A stretch of 64,000 bases of DNA, taken from IMG/VR virus record IMGVR_UViG_3300045125_000168, positions 62,001 through 126,000 of that record, one strand, 5' to 3'. Under the pieces are notes generated by a model. It was not told the DNA's origin. It did no database searches and saw only the letters and a list, made by a program, of their open reading frames with translations. Positions 48,622-60,222 of the stretch are shown here, in pieces (position 1 is the first letter of the stretch; every line of letters starts with the position of its first letter). A program made the position numbers and the translations under genes.

Positions 48622-48998
48622 TTACTTTTTTCTGTCCGCAGCGTCGAGTTGACGGACGGAGCTTTTGGCCCAAGCAAAACCGGGATCACCACCCCAAAGC
48701 ATCCAAGCGATATATCCCTTGCTTGGATTAGAAGGGGTAGACTCCTTCCAAGCTTTTGATTTTTTATCGACTTGATGCCTAGAGAAAAAACTAAACATCC
48801 TGCGGGCCGTGGACGGGGAAATTGTTTTGCCGTTCGAAAGGTCGCGGGCTCTTGCGATACCAACGGGTGTTGCAGCTTTTTCACTTTTAAAAGCTCAAGA
48901 CCTCTTTTTGCAGCGTCTTTGACGCCTTTTGGCGGTTTGAAGTCGATATGATCGTATTTAGCTTCGATAAGTATCTCTAGTCGCCTGATCGCACTCAC
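48622..48998 (-). CDS. conserved phage domain protein (PP..V..AA.RGL...RM.SFFSRH...IAW.LWGGD) with leader (frameshifted)
   Basis: Manual translation MSAIRRLEILIEAKYDHIDFKPPKGVKDAAKRGL...GYIAWMLWGGDPG. Confidence 0.65.
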
Positions 48999-49307
48999 GG
49001 TTGACCCTTTCTTTTGTGGTCTGCCATTTCGAGAGTTTCGTTTCGATAGTGTCGAACATTTCTTCGAGAACAAAAGAATCTGGGCTTGCACCATAGTAAG
49101 AGAGAGGGCGCAGATCATCAGGTCGCAGGCTTCTTCTCGTAGGTGTTCGATCGCATGTTCGACATCTTTGTTTTCTTTCAGGTTGCGGTAAGCCTTAGCG
49201 ACCTCGCCTAGCTCCTCGGTCGCTTGCAGAAGGTCCCGGCTCATATTCACACGCAGGTAGCTAATATGGTCGATGATGTCTTGAAGACGAATCATAAAAA
49301 CCCTCAT
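48995..49307 (-). CDS. MazG-like nucleotide pyrophosphohydrolase
   Basis: EELGEVA...LREEACDL. Confidence 0.75.
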
Positions 49308-50570
49308 AGAAGTTTCGACGCGACGGTTGCGAGTTCGGAGCGTTCTCCTTTAACAAGCTGGACGTGTGCAGCGATGGCTTCCTCTTTGAACTTTTCGATG
49401 ACATACGTCAGACCATTATTGGTCGCATCGATATAAGGGTTATCGATCTGATCGGGGTCGCCTGTTAAAATGATCTTGGTGTTTTCACCCGCACGGGTCA
49501 AAATGGTTTTGACTTCGTGTGGCGTCAGGTTTTGCGCTTCGTCCACGATAAAATAAATGTTTGGAAGCGATCGTCCACGGATGTAGGTGAGAGGCTCAAC
49601 TTGCAGTATACCTTGATTCATCAATTCTTCATACCCGTGCTTCGGTCCTAAAAGAAGCTCAAGGTTGTCGAAAATCGGTTGCATCCAAGGGTTGAGCTTC
49701 TCAGACAAGTCTCCTGGTAGAAAGCCAAGGTCTTTTCCCATGGGGAAGATCGGTCGAGCGACGAGCAGTTTTTTAAACACATGCTCATCGGTGGTTTTGT
49801 GCAAACCCGCAGCGATGGCCATAAGAGTTTTACCCGTTCCCGCTCCTCCGCTTAGGGTCACGAGCTTAATCCGATCATCCATCAGGGCAGCCAGAGCCAA
49901 GAACTGTTCATCGTTGCGAGGTTTGACACCCCAGATATCTTCGGGGATGTTGACTCGTTTGATCTTTTGCGAAGCCGCATCAAAGCGCCCGTAAAGGGTT
50001 CTGGTGCGTCCTTCAATCGCGATAAATTCGTTGGCTTTGAGATCGTAAGAGCGGTGTGACTTTTGAAAAAAGCCATCAAGCTCGTGGTCCTCTACCTCGA
50101 TAGCGCGGACACCCGTATAAAGATCGGACACATCGATTTTGTCGCACTCGAAGTCTTGTGCTTCGACCCCGAAAGCGTCTGCTTTGATTCTAAGGTTTGC
50201 GTCCTTGGTGATAAGGACCGTCTCGTGCCCTCGGTCGCGGAAGGTGCCTGCAATAGCCAGGATATGATTATCGGTAGTATTCGATAGGGTGGGGGTAAGG
50301 GCTCTTTGTCGAGGTAGACGTACAAAATCCCAGAGTCCATACGGTCTTCATGAAGAATTACCCCTGAGCACAGACTACCTTTGTCTCGCAACCGATCCAA
50401 GATACGAGAGAACTCACGAGCGTGACGTCCAGTCTCGCTCATATCTTTTTTGAACTTATCAAGCTCTTCGATTACCGAGATCGGGATGACAACATCATTT
50501 TCCTCGAACATAAAAATGCTTTGAGGGTCGGTCAACATGACGTTGGTATCGAGGACAAAAGTTTTTTCAT
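49304..50570 (-). CDS. phoH: PIN-PhoH family protein (frameshifted)
   Basis: VLDTNV, VIEELD PIN domain; GGAGTGKT, RGRSL, DEAQN, GDPDQID. Confidence 0.92.
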
Positions 50571-50820
50571 CGTGGTTTTTCCACCGTTTGACAACGGTTC
50601 CTTGGTTAAGAGGTGGTCATATCCGAACTACCAGTAACCCAGAGGACACGATTCATTTTGCGAGCGGGCTTTGATTCGGACGAAGCAACCACACTCGCGG
50701 CATACGTCCTTTTTTACGTCAAGTTTGTCGCAACCAAAACACGCGAGTAATCGAGACGTGCGAAGGTTGACATCCGCTTCCTTCCAGTGAGCAAGAGCTT
50801 TGAAAAACGATGTGATGCGC

Positions 50821-51849
50821 TTAATAAGTTTCGCCATGGTTTGAACGGGCCTTAGACTGAAAGATGCCTGCAACTTTGTCCCAAAAACCTTTGCGCTTTT
50901 CGAGAGCCTGCAATAATTCCGAATCTTTCACAGGATGTGTTCCGTGTTTAGAAACAGCGACCGCAGCAGCAGTGTTCGCAAGGTGAACTGCCTCTTCCAA
51001 AGGACATGCAGAACCGAGTGCAAGCGCCATGACCGCAGCGACGGTATCACCTGCCCCTGACACGTCAAACACCTCTTGCGCTACAGCAGGTAAATAGATG
51101 CTCGGTGCTTGTCTGCGCACGAGCACCATGCCTTCGGCCCCAAGCGTGACGAGGACGTTTGGAAAGCCGAAAATGTCTCGCAACTGCTCACCGAGGTATT
51201 CTCCAGTGACTTTCGAGTGCGAGTCGATTTTGAGCGCATCGCAGGCTTCTTTGCGGTTCGGGGTGATAAGAGACGCTCCACAATAGCGCGTGTAGTCGCG
51301 ACCCTTGGGATCGACGATCACCGGGATTTCATGTTTTTGTCCAAGCTCGATAATTGCCCGACAGGACTCAGGGGTAAGAACTCCTTTGCCGTAATCGCTT
51401 AAAAGCAGCGCGTTGGGGAGGTTGGGTGTTTGAAGAGACTCCTCGATTTTTCCCACAAGACTCACCCGAATCTCGTCCGAAAGTGGTTCGGTGGTTTCGT
51501 GATCGATACGGCAGATCTGGTGGCCTTGGCAGGTGATGCGGGTTTTGCGGGTGGTCATGCGACTATCATCAAAAACAAACAGTGGGATCACCAAATCGTC
51601 GTTTTTAAGCATATTTTTGAGCAAAAAACACGTCTCATCCATCCCGACAACGCTGAATAGATGGGCAGAGGCACCGAGCCCGGAGACGTTCATCGCTGAA
51701 TTTGCGGCACCACCAGGAACGCAAAATTGCCGACGTACTTCCACGACCGGAACCGGAGCTTCTGGTGAAATGCGCTGCACTTCTCCGTCCACATACTCGT
51801 CAAGCATCACATCACCGATCACTGCGACGGTTGTTTTTGTTTTTGCCAA
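50821..51849 (-). CDS. rfaE: RfaE/HldE domain I-like D-glycero-D-manno-heptose-7-phosphate kinase (PfkB family)
   Basis: IGDVMLDEY..G.V.RISPEAPVPV, GGAAN, SDYGKG, VDPK, TPNRKE, DVSGAGDTV. Confidence 0.9.
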   Translation of the reverse strand: MAKTKTTVAVIGDVMLDEYVDGEVQRISPEAPVPVVEVRRQFCVPGGAANSAMNVSGLGASAHLFSVVGMDETCFLLKNMLKNDDLVIPLFVFDDSRMTTRKTRITCQGHQICRIDHETTEPLSDEIRVSLVGKIEESLQTPNLPNALLLSDYGKGVLTPESCRAIIELGQKHEIPVIVDPKGRDYTRYCGASLITPNRKEACDALKIDSHSKVTGEYLGEQLRDIFGFPNVLVTLGAEGMVLVRRQAPSIYLPAVAQEVFDVSGAGDTVAAVMALALGSACPLEEAVHLANTAAAVAVSKHGTHPVKDSELLQALEKRKGFWDKVAGIFQSKARSNHGETY

Positions 51850-51957
51850 GGCAGCATAGAAAAATTCCCCCTTAGATCAAAAAATCTTTCGCTTCTAGGC
51901 ACTTACAGCGTCTTTTGGAAAAATGTTCTGTTATTTTAGCAAATTAAAACTTTTTTC

Positions 51958-51984
51958 TCAGTGAAAATCAAAAGTCTCCGAAAA
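51958..51984 (+). promoter_or_regulatory. weaker sigma-28-type promoter
   Basis: TCAG-N15-TCCGAAAA upstream of 52019. Confidence 0.5.
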
Positions 51985-52018
51985 GAGTTATGAACTTACT
52001 TTTAGGAGGTTTTAAAAT

Positions 52019-52712
52019 ATGGCTACCAAGAAGAAAAAGCGGCAACGACCAACAAAAGTGCGATCAATGCAGTATTTGGCGGGGCGACCCCTCTAGCTCC
52101 AGCGGAAAAAAGGCCGCTAAAAAGAACAAAAAAGAGCAGCAGGAAATGCCTGCCCCTTTTGATACCTATGTTGCCCTCCACATCGTCGGCAACATGGTGA
52201 AAAAGCCCGCAGAGGCGATGGCGGCTGAGATCAAAGAAAAAGTGGTCGATATGTTTGACGACATCCTCACCGAGACGGGGGGAGTCGAGACTTTCTTGGG
52301 TTACCTCGGGGATGCCGAGGCCAACGTCCAATGCCGAAAAAGCGCAAATATTCCAAGGGAATTTGTGGATATGCTGCGCGAGAACGACATCCCGTTTGAA
52401 GAAGAAGAGCAGCAAGCAGCCCGCTACATCATTAACCCTGAAATCCTCAAGGATCAGGATTTACTTGGAAAATTGGCTGTTGCGTTGCAAAATGCCCCCG
52501 GCCTTGGTGGCGTGGAGATCATCCAGAAACAACTGCCTGAGGTCAAAGTCAAGCCAACTGAGGAAACCCTACGGCATCTCGCTAAAATCAAGGACAAGAC
52601 GTTGCGTCGGACTCTTCTCGATGGTATCACCACCATCGCGTTCGGGCAGCACAAAATGCCTACCAAAAAGGCTCTCAAAGTCCTGGAAGAATTGGATATT
52701 TTTGGCGAATGA
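52019..52712 (+). CDS. hypothetical protein (frameshifted)
   Basis: AGGAGG RBS before ATG 52019. Confidence 0.55.
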
Positions 52713-53345
52713 TTATGTATTACAATACCTGGAAATTTTTGTACCCGCCTCGGCCTGAGTCTGCCATCATGCCAAGTCTTCTTGGTTTTTACGAGGGCCG
52801 TGGGTGGTGGGCTCAAAAAGCCAAAAAAATGGCACCAACTCCCTCATCGGCATCTCGCCTGAGGGTGAGATTGTGACACGGACCCGTCACGACACCGAAC
52901 ACAAGGCTTGGACACTGACACCACACCTGGAAAATGCTTTGCGTGGGCTTTTCCCCCTGGGGATTGGTATGTGCTTTGTGCTGAATTACTGCATAGCAAA
53001 ACAAAAACTATAAAAGACACGCTTTTTATTCATGACATCCTGGTGGAGAAAAGCGTGTTTTTGCTCGACTCGACGTTTGCGGACCGGCAAAAAATCTTAG
53101 AGCCATTCAAAACAAACGTCGAAGCATGGTCGCATTATGTTATCGACGGTCAAAATAAACTTTGGCTTGCGAAGAATTTTACGACAGGCTTTCGCACTCT
53201 TTTTGACGCGATCCGAGATCCAACCATCGATGAGGGTCTTGTTTTAAAAGACCCTCAAGGTCGGCTCAAAATGTGCGTCTCCCCCACCGACAACGCTTCC
53301 TGGTGTGTCAAGGCTAGGTATCCGACTAAGAATTACCGCTTCTGA
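52709..53345 (+). CDS. minimal ATP-dependent ligase-like nucleotidyltransferase (frameshifted)
   Basis: Q.KKNGT (motif I), AELL, HDIL, EGLVLK, W.VK.R; no OB domain seen. Confidence 0.7.
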
Positions 53346-53877
53346 TGCCGTAAAAATACAAATCGTGGGATTGGTTGTTGGTCTCAAAGGCGTGTTCGAT
53401 AAAAATGGAGGCGCAATCTAAACACGCTTCGATATCCTGTTGCGTCAAATTTTTGTAGTAGTCTTCCCATCCTTCGGTAGAACAGGTCAGAGGCGAGTCT
53501 TCAGGGCTTGTGCGTCTTGTGCCATGCTCGGGCCTTCCCGTCGTTGCGCAGGTAAAAATCAATAAGCCACCTTTTTTCAACATCCGCACGGCATTCTTTA
53601 TTGTTTCGGCGTAGAATTGGTCATGCTCAAAGCATTCTGTTGAGATAATACAATCGTAATATTCGTCTGCACCTTGCCATTCATGCCCGCGACAAACATA
53701 GTCTACGCCTTTACCAGGGCCGATATCGATGCCGTGATATTCACAGTTTGTGAAAAGACTGCGATTGCTGCCGTTGATGTCGAGAGATCCGATGTCGAGA
53801 ACTTTTGTGTTTGCAAAAAAATGGGGATGCTTTTGTTTGACGATAGCACAGAAAGCACGTTGTTCTGGATGAGACAT
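53326..53877 (-). CDS. class I SAM-dependent methyltransferase
   Basis: VLDIGSLDING, GIDIG.G.GVD, STECFEH, LKKGG. Confidence 0.88.
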   Translation of the reverse strand: MSHPEQRAFCAIVKQKHPHFFANTKVLDIGSLDINGSNRSLFTNCEYHGIDIGPGKGVDYVCRGHEWQGADEYYDCIISTECFEHDQFYAETIKNAVRMLKKGGLLIFTCATTGRPEHGTRRTSPEDSPLTCSTEGWEDYYKNLTQQDIEACLDCASIFIEHAFETNNQSHDLYFYGIRSGNS

Positions 53878-53896
53878 AACGAATCCTCGCTCAATT

Positions 53897-54487
53897 TTAA
53901 TTATGGACGAAAAGAATTTTGTCGATCCTGCGAGTCGTGGGTTGTGTCGCCAGAACCTCTTTGAAGTAATCCCAATCGGCGCAAGGGTGGGAATGATTAA
54001 AACCCACTTTCTGAGCGAGGCTTGATTTGATAGCCACACAACCCATGTCGATGTGACCGAATCTTAGTTCCGCAGTGAGGTATCCATAGCTTGAGCGGTT
54101 ATGAAACACAGGGCTCGGATAATTATGAATGCAATCGAAGTAAATAAAATCAGCAGGACTTTGGAGCACATGATCGACCATCACGGGGACGTAGTAGTTA
54201 TCCCCATTGGTGATGAGCACATACTCTCGGGTCACCACGTTTTTTAGCGCCCAGGATCTTAGAAAATGCCCATGATGGCCTGTGCGCCTTTCACTCTCGT
54301 AAAAGATCACCTTTTCTTTGACGAGGTACCCGTTGTCCCGCAAATCCTCGCCCAAAGCCTGATTAGGCCCGTCATGAACAATATGTAAAGTCCAGTTGTC
54401 GTTCGTTTGTGCTTTGATGCAGTTGATGAAGCATTTAAGGATCTCATCCTGCCCATAAGTGACTGCGATAATATCAAGACCCGACAT
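53897..54487 (-). CDS. glycosyltransferase family 2
   Basis: IVHDG, NGDNYY, ADW motifs. Confidence 0.75.
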   Translation of the reverse strand: MSGLDIIAVTYGQDEILKCFINCIKAQTNDNWTLHIVHDGPNQALGEDLRDNGYLVKEKVIFYESERRTGHHGHFLRSWALKNVVTREYVLITNGDNYYVPVMVDHVLQSPADFIYFDCIHNYPSPVFHNRSSYGYLTAELRFGHIDMGCVAIKSSLAQKVGFNHSHPCADWDYFKEVLATQPTTRRIDKILFVHN

Positions 54488-54509
54488 GAAATCCTCTCGG
54501 TGTAAAAAA

Positions 54510-55085
54510 TCAGTTTGGTGCAAAGACGACGACAAAGTAATTGCCGCTTTGCGCGGTGCCTAATCTTTTGATTGATTTATCCATAAGGATGGCTTTGTGG
54601 GCAGGGCTTTTCAGTAAAGCATCCACTGCGGCTTGGGGACTTCCGTGCCCACAAGCGATCACTTCAGCCCCACCGTTGACAGTGAAACCGCACTTGGTCA
54701 GCCGCTCGACAAAACTCGAAACATCGGTCCCCGTGTGGACGCAGGTTTTGCGCAGGGCGAGTTCCGAGGCTTGTTTGGTTGCAGCGCAGGCGAGTTTTTT
54801 GTCTTCAGCAACGGTGCTTAAGCCTTTGGCTGACCGCTCCTTATTGATGGCCTCACCGAGCGCAGAAGCAGGCATTGGTTCGAGCTTCGGTTGCGCGGGT
54901 AGGCAAGGCCAGGGGTTCGGCCAACCTTTTGGCAAGGGCAGACAGTGTTTTGGTTTTTCAGCAGGAATACTGGTCGGGTCTTTTGCCAGAATAGCAGGCG
55001 GTGCCGAAGGTTTTTCGTCGTCTTTGTCATCGGAGCAAGACACTGCGGCCCATAAAACCAGAGAGCCGAAAAGAAAGTTTCGCAT
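54510..55085 (-). CDS. CAP/SCP-domain lipoprotein
   Basis: AVS-C lipobox; IN.ER...GL, HTG.D, EVIA.G, SPAH.AIL. Confidence 0.85.
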   Translation of the reverse strand: MRNFLFGSLVLWAAVSCSDDKDDEKPSAPPAILAKDPTSIPAEKPKHCLPLPKGWPNPWPCLPAQPKLEPMPASALGEAINKERSAKGLSTVAEDKKLACAATKQASELALRKTCVHTGTDVSSFVERLTKCGFTVNGGAEVIACGHGSPQAAVDALLKSPAHKAILMDKSIKRLGTAQSGNYFVVVFAPN

Positions 55086-55421
55086 AAAAAAGACCTCTTT
55101 TAAAGCTGTTTCTTTTCAGCTTAAAGGAGGTTTGAGATTCTGGCAACCTTCGCATCCCACCGGGAGCCGAGGGGCTCGTCGATGGGAATGCTTGTGGTGT
55201 GGTACAGGTCGGAGTGGAGGCAGGAACACGGGCGGATATGGGACTCTCGGGGGGTCTGGCACAGATGTGTCAGCATCTGCTAGTTGGGTGGATTGCTACA
55301 TCACTCCGAAGTTGAAGCCTTGCCTGTCCAGTGACCACGATAAGGTCGTTTCGTGAGGCGAATATATAGGCAAGTTTCGAGCTTTTGCCACTGTTTTTTT
55401 TGTCCTTTAGAAAAAAATTTT

Positions 55422-56492
55422 CTAATTTTCGAGGATGCGGAAGAGAGCTAAGGCGTCAAGTCCACCGAAGCCATATTCTTGGTCCCAACCGGCAGGGCCA
55501 AGGTCTTTGGCTGAGATTTTCAGCGCCTCCATCACTTTGTTTCGGCGGTCAATCTTGCTCATCTCAGGCTTACTGGCCTTTAGATAAGATAAGGCTAAGG
55601 CCATGATGCCTGTAACAACTGGTGCGGCCATCGATGTGCCTTGTAGCTTTCTGAAGGACGTGCCGAGGTAGGGGCCATAACAGGCCACACCAGGGGCAAC
55701 GATTTCAAGAGCCGCCCCATAGTTGGAGAAAGACGCCCGTGCCTCTTTATGATCCAAAGCCCCTACGGTAAGAACGCCATCGAAAGCACCTGGAAAAAGA
55801 GGCTCAGAACTCCCTCGGTTTCCCGCAGCGGCCACCACCAGGACACCCTGACGGTAGAGCTTCCACACGAGCTTTTCCTGCTCTTTGCTGCGCTGCGTTG
55901 AACCGAGTGAGAGGTTGATGATGTCGGTGTCGTCGTCGAGGGCCGCAGCTAACGCTTGGTTGGTAAAAATGGCGTTGCCGACCCCGCTGTTGTCAAGGAC
56001 GCGACCGCATTTCCAAACGGACTCGTGGAGCAATACCGACCCCTGCTCCGGCAATTTTGCCAGCCACCCAGGTGCCGTGCCCCGTGTAGTCGCGAGGGTC
56101 GTCCACACCACTCAGGAAGCATCGCATGTGAATCTCTTTACCTGCAAAAGCAGGGTGAAGAGAGTTAATGCCGGAATCAAGTACGGTCACGGTGACCCCC
56201 TCACCGCGCACACCATAAAAAGACCAGAGGTGAAGGACTTTCAGCAGATCAAGATCCCAGAGGGGACGTTCCGCAGGGTCGAGCTTGGGCACCTCTTTGC
56301 CATCCCAAAGAGGATTGACGCTCATCATACACAAAGGCTCATCCTGGACCTCGGGCTCAACCAGAGGGCCAACATGACTTAGCTTTTGAGCCAACAACTC
56401 TCTCTCTTGTGTCTCAGGGTCAAGGCTTCTTGACCCTCGACGAGGACATCGTTGTTGGTGACGACCTTGATGGAACTCTTTTTCTTGCTCAC
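55422..56492 (-). CDS. S8 subtilisin-like serine protease (frameshifted)
   Basis: VLDSG, GHGTWVAG, AAAGN, GTSMAAP. Confidence 0.92.
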
Positions 56493-56731
56493 AAAAAAGC
56501 CCTCACTCAATTTTGAGACGAATCACAACATCTTCACGTCCTGCCTCTACGGGACAATTCTGCATGGGAGTCGTTGCAGGCGGGTGGGGTTCGATGTGAA
56601 TCGGCTTTTCGGGTTGTGTCACGATAGAGTCAAGCACTGGTGGTACGTGTAGACCGCCGATGAAGCCGGAGGATCAAGCAAAATAGAACAACGCAAAATA
56701 AAACCTTTGGCTTGCACATATTTTTTCCTTC

Positions 56732-57142
56732 CTAAGGCAAAATGGCTGTATAGGGCTCTTGCAGAAGCCTGTTTCCGAGTCCATCTAGCACGTAGTAAAG
56801 GAACACTTTGGCTCCATTCTCAGGTTTTTTAACCGCTATTGTATCTCCAAGCACGAAATAGCCGAGATAGTCATCACTATAGGTGGCTTCGATGAAGAAG
56901 GTACCTTTTGGTAAAACTTTTGGATCGAACTTGATAAAAAGATAATTGTCCTGCTCGACGTAAGTGAAATGTTTTTTGGCATCGTCCGGAGCATCGGGGA
57001 GATCAGGTCGCGGTGAAACGGGAGCCGTAGGGGAGTGCGGAATGGTCGGAATGTCCAGCACGGGTGCAGGTTCCGATACAGGCTGTTTTGGGTGAACACA
57101 AGCGGCAAGAGAGAAGATCAGTAACACCGTGATAAGGCGCAT
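56732..57142 (-). CDS. lipoprotein
   Basis: MRLITVLLIFSLAA-C lipobox, Pro-rich linker. Confidence 0.65.
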   Translation of the reverse strand: MRLITVLLIFSLAACVHPKQPVSEPAPVLDIPTIPHSPTAPVSPRPDLPDAPDDAKKHFTYVEQDNYLFIKFDPKVLPKGTFFIEATYSDDYLGYFVLGDTIAVKKPENGAKVFLYYVLDGLGNRLLQEPYTAILP

Positions 57143-57143
57143 G

Positions 57144-57362
57144 TTAAAGATCCTTATTTTGCGGCTCCTCTTGGCGGAACACGTCGGTTTCAGTGTCCAG
57201 TAACCCGTGGACAATCTTCCCCATGTCCTGTGCCCCGCAGCGCGTATAGTCTCTCCCACCATCAATAAAGCATTGACCGCAGGCGCACGAACAAAAGTCG
57301 TGGCGATACTTCGACCAAATCACGCTTTGACAGACAAGACATTTCAAGGCAGAGACTAGCAT
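57144..57362 (-). CDS. small phage zinc-binding protein
   Basis: C..C...I.S.YRHDF..C.CG...IDGG.DY.R. Confidence 0.65.
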   Translation of the reverse strand: MLVSALKCLVCQSVIWSKYRHDFCSCACGQCFIDGGRDYTRCGAQDMGKIVHGLLDTETDVFRQEEPQNKDL

Positions 57363-57376
57363 ATTACTTACCATAA

Positions 57377-60184
57377 CTAGAGAGTTGGGAAACGTCCTAG
57401 CTCGTGCCACATTTTACCAAGACGATTCAGTTCACGAACTGGATTTGATACGTCTCCAAGCAGATCAGACGCCTGAGCCTGCGTCAACCGATGATAGATG
57501 AAGACCGAAGCTGTAGGCGTCCCGTTCTCACCATAAATTTCAAGATCGGTTAGAGGATTGATCTTAAGGCTTATCATTTTTAGACCATGACGGTTGAACG
57601 CCTCTTTTTTCACGAGATAGTCGGCAAGATTTTTCCAAGAGGTGGAGTCTGAGAGAACCCAGGTCAGACCATGGGCCATCATCAAACGAGAGACACCGGA
57701 ATTGTCTTCCTCGGCTCCCAAATATTTCACGCCTTGAGCTTTTTTCACCAAGCCTTCTGAAACCGCATGGCGCAAAAGACGCTCTAGGATTTCATGAGCT
57801 TTAGCTTCTCCCTCTTCTAACTTTTTGACCAGATCCTCTTTGCTTTGGCTTTTGGACACATCCACCCAAGGCACGAGACCTTGCCGCTTGGCGAGTTCAC
57901 TATAAAGGCGACGTTGGATCGCGGCCTTTTCATCCTGTGACCCTTTAAGTTTCGGACGATAGAGCTTACCGATCTCGTCCCAAAGCGCCTGATTTTGACT
58001 GGGAAGGTCGGGGGATATTTTTTTCCGGCAAGGACTTCTTCTTTACCGACCACCAGTTGTTCATCGGTCGGCTCATAGACGGAAAGCCCTTCGAGGCTTT
58101 CGACCGTTTTTATAAGGTTTTCTTTTAGAGGTTCCCAGGTGTCAATCGCTAACCAGTCGGTAACATCCAGCCGTTCGACTTTTTTTACCAGTTTTTCCAA
58201 ATGCTCTTTTTCGCCTGTCACCACCAGCGACGGACGACCCTCAAACTTGGCGGTTTTCATGAGCGTTTTGATTGCGGAAGGGGAAGAAAAGAGAGGTGTG
58301 ACCGCAGCGAGGCGGTGGGAACGATCTTCTTTTTGATCGTAGAAGAAAATTAAAAATCTGATAGCAATCATGCAATAATCCCCTACTTTGGAAAAAATCC
58401 AAAATACCGTAAAACACTAGATCCGCGATTGGGAGCGAAGCTCTTGACTTGAAGAGCAAGCGGAGCTTCTTTGATACTTTGCGGCATCGCAAGGTCAAAA
58501 GCAAAAGGTAAGGCCATCCCCCAGGTTGTGTTCGGGAGATGAGCCGAACGCCCTCCGAAGACCATTTAATCTTGTAGTTGCCTGCTTCGCTCACTTCACT
58601 AGGGAGATAGTTGGAGAGCAACAAAGAGGCCGAGGCAAACGAACTGGAAAGCAATCCTTCCTCAACTTGCAGGAGGGTTGGTCCGAGGGTGGACTTGATG
58701 GACCAGGAGAGCGGCTCTAATCGGTCTTCCACATCGGAGTCAATGCGCACATAGCCTTGGGTGAAAGGCCATTTACGGTTTTCATAGACTATTGAAGGGA
58801 TATTTAAAAGATCAGCGGCAGAGGAACCGATCGGTCCCCAGGTGTGTGCCGAAGCATAGGTGGTCGCTAAAGGTGCGACCAAGGCGAGGATTTGGTTCTC
58901 TCGCAAAAAGCACCGTTGGTGCCAGACTATGGTCACAGGTCCAGGGTCGTCTTGAACGTCTAACCGTATGGTTCGCGGCACTCCCGCGTCCAAATAAAAA
59001 TTGGGGAGGCATAAAGGCCATTGCAGCTTTGCAGTCGGATATAACCGTGGTCGTTTTTACCATGCGGGCTGACGATAGCTTGGAAGGCACGACCTTCAGA
59101 CACGTCGGGTGTGGTTATCGTCAGGCGAGGCTGCACATTGATTGCGGAGCGGTCAGATTCCTGGGCTCGCCATGTGATGGTCAGTTGGGGCAAAGGGTTG
59201 GCTTCAGAGATTTGCAACCGAAGCATATCGTTCGGGTTGGCAAGATCAAGTCCCCAGCCCACCGGGGCAAGGTCCACCAGAAAGGCGCGTTTTTCTTTCA
59301 AGGAGAAATCGCAGTTGGTCAGGTTGTTTGACCACGCACCTTCAAATCGGGGAGGAACACCCACGAGATAAGGGGCGACGTTGAGCGCAGGTTGAGCGAC
59401 TTCGTTCGTTAAGGCTCGACCCTCAGCCCCCCTTCATAGGTTAAGGGGTGGAAGCGATATATTGACCCAAGGTTAAAGGGGTTGTGCGCTCTAAGGCAAG
59501 CTCAACCCATAGCCGTGGGACTTCGGGTGGAGCAATCGTTTCAATTTCTTTTGGAGCTTGGAAGACCTGCTTTTCTTCCTTAGTGATCGTCTCTTCGCTT
59601 TGAACGATGACATCTTGGTTTTTGGTAAAATGACCTCCACCAAGGTAATCGTTTGCTGCGTTGAGTCGGGTAGCGTGACCTTGACGCTATCGGGGAACTT
59701 TGCGAATCCCGTGAAATAGAGCCGTGCCTCTTCCTGACGCACCATCCCAGCAAAAACCTCAAAAGACTTGACTTCAGGGATTGCAGGTGTGGCATCCAAA
59801 ATATAAGAGCCCGTTTGCACGTCGCTCCCCAGCAGACGCACAAGAAGTTGATTGGTCTTATAGATGGGCTCGACAAGGATTTTCACAGAGATTCCTTGTC
59901 ACGCAAAACTTCCAGATATCTTTCCTCTTGATCTGGCTTCAAAGGGAACTTGTAAAAGTCGAGCCATCGTTGGCGGAAGGTTTGCAAAGCGCGACGGAAG
60001 TTTGGACTAGAGCGATCGAGGTTGCGCCTAAGAGCATCGGCCAAGCGTTCGCGGCTTTGATCGAGCAAGCGAGCCTGCATATCTTTTTGCATCGACAACA
60101 AGATCTCATTTTTGTCTTTAGCTTGCTTCGGTTTGTCATGGTCGCGCTTTTAGCGAGAACAGCGACCCTCTGTAAAAAATGCAT
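57377..60184 (-). CDS. run of hypothetical proteins (several frameshifted), possibly virion-associated
   Basis: Contiguous same-strand ORFs headed by the MHFLQRVAVLA leader gene with AAGATT upstream. Confidence 0.4.
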
Positions 60185-60222
60185 GATGAGACTCCTCTCA
60201 AGGTACGGATTGGAATAAATCT

